DNA of 64,000 nucleotides from an uncultured bacterium (GTDB lineage Bacteria; Omnitrophota; Omnitrophia; Omnitrophales; Aquincolibacteriaceae): NCBI GenBank assembly GCA_964410905.1, contig CAYPIR010000003.1, positions 15,986 to 79,985 of the forward strand, read 5' to 3'. Shown piece by piece: positions 58,338 to 64,000 of this stretch (position 1 is its first letter; each line of letters starts with the position of its first letter). The notes under the pieces were generated by a model. It saw only the letters and a program-made list of their open reading frames with translations, ran no database searches and was not told where the DNA came from. The position numbers and the translations under genes were made by a program.

Positions 58338-60824
58338 TTATTCCAAAACCAAATCGCGGAGAATATCGCGAGTCCGTTCTCTCGAAATTTTTCCCACAAA
58401 TTCCGCGACCTGAGCCGGATCTGTTTTTAAGTCGGGATTGGTTAACGGGCCTGAAAGAAGAGTTGAAATAGGACCTAGGTATGAGTCAGAATATTGCGCT
58501 ATTTCGGCAGAAAGGTTGGGAAGCACTTGCCGAGCCAAAGAGTTGGAAAGAAAAACTTCGGCGCGATAATTCGCGAGCCCATCTAATCCAAGCGTTCCCT
58601 CGCCATTTAAGACAAAATCTTTTCCCACGGTCAATAAATTATCCGTTGAGATTTTACCGTCAGCGACTTTCCATCTAAAATTCATTTTGTCAAAACTACG
58701 AAAATCAGGCGTAAGAGACGATATTTTTTTGAAAGCATCAATGGTTGTAAGCGGTTCTTTAAAATCTATTCCAAAAAGTTTCCCTTTTGTTATTGTCCAT
58801 TCGCCTTGACCGTTTAGCGTTTTTTCCCACGCCGCAACGCCCCACCCTTCCCCATATATATTTCCATTGAAATTCAAAGTTCCTTCAAAAATTTTCTTCG
58901 TTTCAGAATGTCTTGTATCGAAACTTCCTAAATTAATTTTATTCCCGTTAAATTCAAAACGATATTCAGGCTGCTTCATATCCTCTAAACCCAGCGTCCC
59001 TTTGGCGAAAAAATCACCCTGATAAGCACTGAGTTTAATAGTCGAAAAATCCCAAATTCCTCTGTCATATCTAGTTTCCATATTAAAATTAGCTACATCT
59101 GTTCCTTTAGGCAAAAACCATTCGGAAAAACTTTTGGCTATTGTATAAATGCTAAATTCCTCATTTTCCTTTTTAGGGAAAAAAACCTCAAAAGACTCTA
59201 AGGCGTCCGTTGGGTCGAGATGCTCGGAAAAAAGTTTTATTGTCGCCTGAGGCAATTCCGCAATTCCTACTACGCTTAAATCCATAGTAAAAGCGGACTT
59301 GCCTAGATTAAACAAAATTTTTCTTCCTTCTAAAATGAGAGGGCTGTAATCGATAGAGAATGTCGCGTTTTGAATTCCGAGCCCGGTTTCGGGGATTAGC
59401 CAAGAGGCGTTATCAAAAGAAAGATTAAATATGTGCTCCGTTTTTTCCAGACGTTTAAGGTCGCCCTTCCAATTTGCCATCAATTTTGCTTCGCCGCCAA
59501 GTTTGAACTTGCTTAATACGGGAACGTATTGTTCCCAACCGTCCATTTTAAATTTATTAGTAATAACATTAAGCTGCCCCAATCCCGTTTTTAAATCTAA
59601 ATTTTTAAGAGTGCCTTTCAGACTTAAATCTTGAAATTTCAACGCGAAATCGCCGCTCGCCACCGTATTTTTTTGAATTAAAAAATCGAAGTTAAGGTCT
59701 AAAGGAATATTTTTATGTTTTGTAAAATATTGTCCATATGAAAGAAATGCGCGCGACAAATCGCAATCAAAGTGGATGGTGAGCTGTTCTGCCGTTCCAT
59801 CTATAGAAAAAACCCATTTGCCGGGTCCGGAAAATCCCATTTGAGTTGGTAAAGCGTCTACCACTTTGGGGCAATATTTAAGCAAATCTTCAAGAGCCAT
59901 GTTTGCCCCAGAGATGCGAAATCCTTCAAACATTCCCGTCCGCAGTTTTACTGTTCCATTCATATCAACATCGCCAAACGGTAATTTTACCGTCCCTTTG
60001 TTCAAACGAAATTCAGAGGTTTCTTGATTCCATTCGCCTTGCAAACTCCATCTCGCATCAAGCGGAGGCGGGGCTGTCCAAGTTTTTTCTCTAAGAACAT
60101 CATAGGCAACGCCGCGGGCATCTCCTGTAGCTTTCCATTGCAAAAATTCTTCATTCGTTTTTTTGCGTATTTCCACAATAGTTGAAATAACTCCGTTACG
60201 AAACATCACATTGCGAGAAGCGGGAGGCTTAGCCTGCGCTGCCGGTTCCAATGAAAAATCTTTTAACTCCGCCGTCATGGCTCCGCTCAAATCACTCCAA
60301 TCCCACTCATCGGCGGAGTCCAAAATGACATTCCCTTTTATCGAAAGCGTTTGAAGACGACCATTAACGGCACTAGTGAAAGTAAATGGAACCGGGATGT
60401 TTTCGCCCAACGCTCCGACTTCAAGTGAAAAATCATTAAGGACAACATCGTCTAAAAAATCGGCTTTAGGAATTTTAAATGTTACATTCCCTTCCTGTGC
60501 GTAAAAAGCCGACGGCTCGGCTCGGCCTAAAAACAACGGCAATATTTTAAAATCAAATCGAACGCTATTAGCTTGTATTCGCAACGATTTTTGAGGAATG
60601 TCTAGGTTGGATTTTTCAAAAATAATGCAGGGCTGCGGGAAATATTCGATGCGGACATTTTTGAAAGTCAGCGAACCGTGAGTTATATTTTGAATTTTTC
60701 TAACAAGGCTGTCATAGAGAGCAGAGGAAGAGAGAACGCGGTCAGATTGATACCAAAGTCCAAAAACAAATCCGATAAGTAATAGAATTAAAAGAAAGGA
60801 AGTTATAACACGGCTTTTTTTCAT
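58338..60824 (-). CDS. AsmA-family protein (N-terminal TM anchor, large periplasmic domain)
   Basis: 828 aa, single N-terminal TM helix, beta-rich remainder. Confidence 0.55.
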   Translation of the reverse strand: MKKSRVITSFLLILLLIGFVFGLWYQSDRVLSSSALYDSLVRKIQNITHGSLTFKNVRIEYFPQPCIIFEKSNLDIPQKSLRIQANSVRFDFKILPLFLGRAEPSAFYAQEGNVTFKIPKADFLDDVVLNDFSLEVGALGENIPVPFTFTSAVNGRLQTLSIKGNVILDSADEWDWSDLSGAMTAELKDFSLEPAAQAKPPASRNVMFRNGVISTIVEIRKKTNEEFLQWKATGDARGVAYDVLREKTWTAPPPLDARWSLQGEWNQETSEFRLNKGTVKLPFGDVDMNGTVKLRTGMFEGFRISGANMALEDLLKYCPKVVDALPTQMGFSGPGKWVFSIDGTAEQLTIHFDCDLSRAFLSYGQYFTKHKNIPLDLNFDFLIQKNTVASGDFALKFQDLSLKGTLKNLDLKTGLGQLNVITNKFKMDGWEQYVPVLSKFKLGGEAKLMANWKGDLKRLEKTEHIFNLSFDNASWLIPETGLGIQNATFSIDYSPLILEGRKILFNLGKSAFTMDLSVVGIAELPQATIKLFSEHLDPTDALESFEVFFPKKENEEFSIYTIAKSFSEWFLPKGTDVANFNMETRYDRGIWDFSTIKLSAYQGDFFAKGTLGLEDMKQPEYRFEFNGNKINLGSFDTRHSETKKIFEGTLNFNGNIYGEGWGVAAWEKTLNGQGEWTITKGKLFGIDFKEPLTTIDAFKKISSLTPDFRSFDKMNFRWKVADGKISTDNLLTVGKDFVLNGEGTLGLDGLANYRAEVFLSNSLARQVLPNLSAEIAQYSDSYLGPISTLLSGPLTNPDLKTDPAQVAEFVGKISRERTRDILRDLVLE

Positions 60825-61009
60825 AGCTTCCGATTTTCCCGCTCATCTTTGGGATGCAAAATTGACTATCTTTTGTTCGTTTATAAATTAATACGCACCC
60901 GAAGTCGCCGAAGAAATTGGATTATAGCTGTAATCTTCTAAAAACCCTTGGCAACCGGCAAAGGCAAAAACAAACAAGAGAACTAAGAATAAGAAAGATA
61001 AAGAACGCA

Positions 61010-61408
61010 TTAACGTTTCGTAAACTGAAAACTTCTTCTCGCTCCTTTTCTGCCCGGTTTCTTTCTTTCTTTGGCGCGTGGGTCGCGTGTCATAAAACCG
61101 CCTTTACGCATAGTTCCACGCAAATCGGATTGAAGACCAACAATTGCCCGCGCAATACCAAGTTGAATTGCTCCTGCCTGTCCCGCAACGCCGCCGCCTT
61201 CCACTCTAGCGCGAATGCGAACTTGTCCCAAGAGATTGGCGGATTTTAGTGGCTGCTCTACAAGCATTTGAAGATTAGCGCGCTTGAGATAGTCAAGAGA
61301 GTCTTGACCGTTTACTGAAAATCCTTTTTGACCGGGGAAAAGCCAAACTCGAGCAATGGCTGTTTTGCGACGTCCTGTAGCGTATTGATATTCTTTTGCA
61401 ACTGTCAT
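61010..61408 (-). CDS. rpsI: 30S ribosomal protein S9
   Basis: YATGRRKTAIARVWL...RRSFQFTKR. Confidence 0.9.
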   Translation of the reverse strand: MTVAKEYQYATGRRKTAIARVWLFPGQKGFSVNGQDSLDYLKRANLQMLVEQPLKSANLLGQVRIRARVEGGGVAGQAGAIQLGIARAIVGLQSDLRGTMRKGGFMTRDPRAKERKKPGRKGARRSFQFTKR

Positions 61409-61413
61409 ACTGG

Positions 61414-61842
61414 TTAAACCTCAATAGTGGTGGGTTTCTGCGCTTTATTCAGATATTCAGCATCGGGATAAACGCGAAGTCTTTTGAGCATCACATCTCC
61501 AATTCGATTCTTCGGAAGCATTCTTTTAACCGCGCGAAGAATAATTTCGGATGGTTTTTTCTCCAACAAACGCTCAAAATTATAAGTTTTCAAACCGCTG
61601 GAGTAGCCTGTATAGTGAGAATAAACTTTATCAGAACGCTTTTTACCGGTTACGTGAATCTTTTTAGCGTTAATAACGATAACTTGGTCGCCGGTAAGTT
61701 TGTCTGGCTGAAAGCAAGTTTTGCCTTTACCGATAAGCAAAGAAGCGATTTTTGTAGCCATGCGCCCAAGCGTCTTGCCGTCAGCATCAATTAAATATGT
61801 TTTGCGTGCGATTTCTTTTTCTGTAGGAATAAAAGTCTTCAT
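61414..61842 (-). CDS. rplM: 50S ribosomal protein L13
   Basis: MKTFIPTEKEIARKTYLIDADGKTLGR. The track start at 61902 is an upstream extension. Confidence 0.9.
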   Translation of the reverse strand: MKTFIPTEKEIARKTYLIDADGKTLGRMATKIASLLIGKGKTCFQPDKLTGDQVIVINAKKIHVTGKKRSDKVYSHYTGYSSGLKTYNFERLLEKKPSEIILRAVKRMLPKNRIGDVMLKRLRVYPDAEYLNKAQKPTTIEV

Positions 61843-62028
61843 ATCTTTCTTTTCTGTTGGTTTGAGGCGGAAGTCAAAAAGGCGAGAAAACCCTTTGCAC
61901 AATCCAAGATTTCTTAAAAAAGCCTGCGGAGTATAGCAAAATCGTTTTTTAGTGTCAATATTAGCGGCCTTATTTTTTTAGTGTTTTATTAATCTTTTAA
62001 ATAACCGCCATTAAACTCTCCGCGAAAC

Positions 62029-62787
62029 TCAATATTTCACTTTTTTAAGATACAGACCTTTCGCCGGAGCGGTCGTTGAAGCAAATTTATTATCACGCGC
62101 GTCCAAAGCATCTTTTATAGATTCAGCGTTTTTCTTCCCGCGTCCAACATCGAGCAAAAAACCCATAATGTTGCGAACCATGTGATAGAGAAATCCATCG
62201 CCTTCAAATTCAAATGATATTAAATTCTTTTCTTTTTTTATACGGATTGATTTTATTGTTTTGACAAAATCAACGCTCTTGCTCTTTCTGCCTTTTAAAA
62301 TATTACGTTCGGACGTAAACGATTTGAAATTGTGCCGTCCGCGCAAAAATTTAATAGCGCGTCTAATTTTTAAAAGGTTTAGCTTGTAAAAAACATGATG
62401 CGCGAAACGCGAATTAAGGGGAGAGCGAAACGGATCGTTCCATACTTGATAAATATAAATCTTAGATTTTGCATTAAACCGCGCGTGAAAATCTGCGCGA
62501 ACATCTTTTGCCGACCTTACGGCAATTTCTGGGGGGAGATACGCGTTTATGCCCTTGACGATTTTCTTTACGTCTCTATCGCTTTTTGTTTTAAAACAAA
62601 CAATTTGCTCAATAGCGTGAACGCCTGCGTCTGTTCTTCCGCTCGCGGACGAGATTTTCATCGGACAGTCAAAAAACTTAGACAAAGCATTTTCTAAAAC
62701 GCCTTGAATTGTCGATTTTTTAGGCTGAAGCTGGAAGCCTGAAAAATCAGTTCCGTCGTATTCTACAACTAGCTTTATTTGGCGCAT
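62029..62787 (-). CDS. truA: tRNA pseudouridine(38-40) synthase
   Basis: MRQIKLVVEYDGTDFSGFQLQP...RTDAGVHA. ATG at 62787. The track start at 62991 is an upstream extension. Confidence 0.85.
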   Translation of the reverse strand: MRQIKLVVEYDGTDFSGFQLQPKKSTIQGVLENALSKFFDCPMKISSASGRTDAGVHAIEQIVCFKTKSDRDVKKIVKGINAYLPPEIAVRSAKDVRADFHARFNAKSKIYIYQVWNDPFRSPLNSRFAHHVFYKLNLLKIRRAIKFLRGRHNFKSFTSERNILKGRKSKSVDFVKTIKSIRIKKEKNLISFEFEGDGFLYHMVRNIMGFLLDVGRGKKNAESIKDALDARDNKFASTTAPAKGLYLKKVKY

Positions 62788-62797
62788 TCCGCTTGCT

Positions 62798-63805
62798 TTA
62801 ATCTTTGAACAAAATCTCGGCAATCTGGACTGCGTTTGTCGCGGCGCCTTTTCTGATTTGGTCGCCTGAAACAAACAACGCGAGACCATTCGCGACGCTT
62901 GGATCAGCGCGCAGCCTTCCAACAAAAACATTATCCTGTCCAGTCGTTTCAATAGGCATAGGAAAATAATTTTTTTCTCTATCATCGACAACCGTTACGC
63001 CCGGCGCTTTGGCAAGTATCGCGCTCGCTTCATCCGGGGTAATCGGCTTCTCGGTTTCGATGTTAATAGATTCAGAGTGCGCGCGCAGGACAGGAACGCG
63101 AACGCAAGTCGCTGCAATTTTAATATTCGCATCGTGAAAAATTTTTTTAGTTTCTTTCACCATTTTTGTTTCTTCTTCGTTATAACCATCTTCTCCGATT
63201 TTGGAGTTATGCGAAAAAACATTAAACGCGATCTGATGAGGCAATATATTTTTTTGCACGGAAAGGCCATCCAAAAAATCACGCGCTTGCATTTTAAGTT
63301 CTTCCATAGCCTTCGCGCCGGCGCCGCTCGCGGCTTGGTAAGTTGAAACCACAAAACGTTTGATTTTCGCGACTTTGTGAATAGGCCAAAGCGAAACAAG
63401 CGCGATAATTGTCGAACAGTTTGGATTCGCGATAATTCCCTTATGCTTAAAAATATCTTCCGGATTTATCTCAGGTATCACAAGAGGGACCTCAGGGTCC
63501 ATGCGAAACGCGCTTGTGTTGTCCACAACAACTGCTCCTGCCTTTACGGCATGAGGCGCAAGCTCTTTTGAAATCGAGCTGCCAGCGCTAGCAAAAACCA
63601 AGTCGATTCCTTTAAAAGAATCCGGCGCGGCTTCTTCAATTTTATAAGTCTTACCTAAAAACTTTTGTTCTTTGCCCGCGGAGCGTCCCGAAGCCAACAT
63701 CTTGATAGAAGCGAACGGAAATTTCCGTTCTTCCAAAATCTCCAGAAGCTCTTGCCCGACAGCGCCTGTTACACCCAAAACCGCAATATTTAAATTTTTT
63801 CTCAT
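62798..63805 (-). CDS. asd: aspartate-semialdehyde dehydrogenase
   Basis: NIAVLGVTGAVGQ and the NCST active-site Cys. Confidence 0.9.
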   Translation of the reverse strand: MRKNLNIAVLGVTGAVGQELLEILEERKFPFASIKMLASGRSAGKEQKFLGKTYKIEEAAPDSFKGIDLVFASAGSSISKELAPHAVKAGAVVVDNTSAFRMDPEVPLVIPEINPEDIFKHKGIIANPNCSTIIALVSLWPIHKVAKIKRFVVSTYQAASGAGAKAMEELKMQARDFLDGLSVQKNILPHQIAFNVFSHNSKIGEDGYNEEETKMVKETKKIFHDANIKIAATCVRVPVLRAHSESINIETEKPITPDEASAILAKAPGVTVVDDREKNYFPMPIETTGQDNVFVGRLRADPSVANGLALFVSGDQIRKGAATNAVQIAEILFKD

Positions 63806-63827
63806 ATCAATTTATTCCCTTTTAAAG

Positions 63828-64000
63828 TTATTTTTCCAATTTTAATTTATTTACAACCAGCTCTCCCATCTCTTTACAGCCGACTTTTTTTGTCCCCTCC
63901 GAATATATGTCGGCAGAGCGAAACCCGTCAGCCAAAACGCTTTCCACCGCAAGCTCAATCGCGCGCGCCGCTTTGCTTTGCCCAAAACTATATTCAAGCA
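63828..64000 (-). CDS. leuB: 3-isopropylmalate dehydrogenase, C-terminal end only (the gene continues past the window edge)
   Basis: Minus-strand translation ...AIELAVESVLADGFRSADIYSEGTKKVGCKEMGELVVNKLKLEK* matches the LeuB C-terminus. Confidence 0.65.
   Translation of the reverse strand, partial: LEYSFGQSKAARAIELAVESVLADGFRSADIYSEGTKKVGCKEMGELVVNKLKLEK

Noticed and set aside
53013-62991. Long N-terminal extensions reported by the ORF track for argF (to 53013), rplM (to 61902), truA (to 62991), sod (from 43531), groEL1 (from 5175), the GT2 gene (to 1583), lysA (to 49451) and the helicase (to 10394).
   Set aside because: The track extends to the farthest upstream start, which is TTG in several cases. 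Internal ATG or GTG codons with Shine-Dalgarno sequences give N-termini that match the conserved family starts. The extensions are not part of the proteins.

Overview
This 64-kb window is AT-rich and comes from a diderm, probably anaerobic, bacterium. I cannot assign the lineage from sequence alone. Most of it is housekeeping. There is a GT2 glycosyltransferase pair at the 5' end, then tsaB-alr-birA-coaX. There is a CIRCE-controlled groEL-groES-groEL locus with two divergent groEL paralogs. Other calls are a DEAD-box helicase, guaB, a GH1 beta-glucosidase, a Wzx-type flippase, cstA, a membrane-anchored Hsp20, a U32 (RlhA-like) peptidase, a ClC channel, an unannotated 54-aa 2x[4Fe-4S] ferredoxin, the H+-pyrophosphatase hppA, tRNA-Asn(GTT), gpmA, Fe/Mn SOD, a complete argCJBDFGH operon translationally coupled to lysA, rnc, an AsmA-family protein, rpsI-rplM, truA, asd and a partial leuB.

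The accessory content is the main interest. (1) A minus-strand operon encodes a 2831-aa N-terminally anchored giant protein, a GtrB/ArnC-like polyprenyl-phosphate glycosyltransferase, and a GT-C membrane transferase. The giant protein has an internal tandem duplication of a ~800-900-aa supermodule. Each unit carries a methyltransferase-like Rossmann domain plus a WaaA/KdtA-like (GT30 Kdo-transferase-like) GT-B domain, with an arginase/deacetylase-like segment between the units. Its ~440-aa N-terminal domain is paralogous to the N-terminus of a 964-aa secreted protein 18 kb away. (2) An 891-aa autotransporter has nine in-frame (AAAC) tetranucleotide repeats directly after the start codon, consistent with slipped-strand phase variation. 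(3) It is flanked by inverted copies of a MITE-like element with ~30-bp terminal inverted repeats. Four copies or fragments occur in the window, and one fragment supplies the upstream ATG of the GH1 gene. Two gene remnants with in-frame stops lie near the helicase. All functional calls come from reading motifs in the translated sequence, with no database searches.
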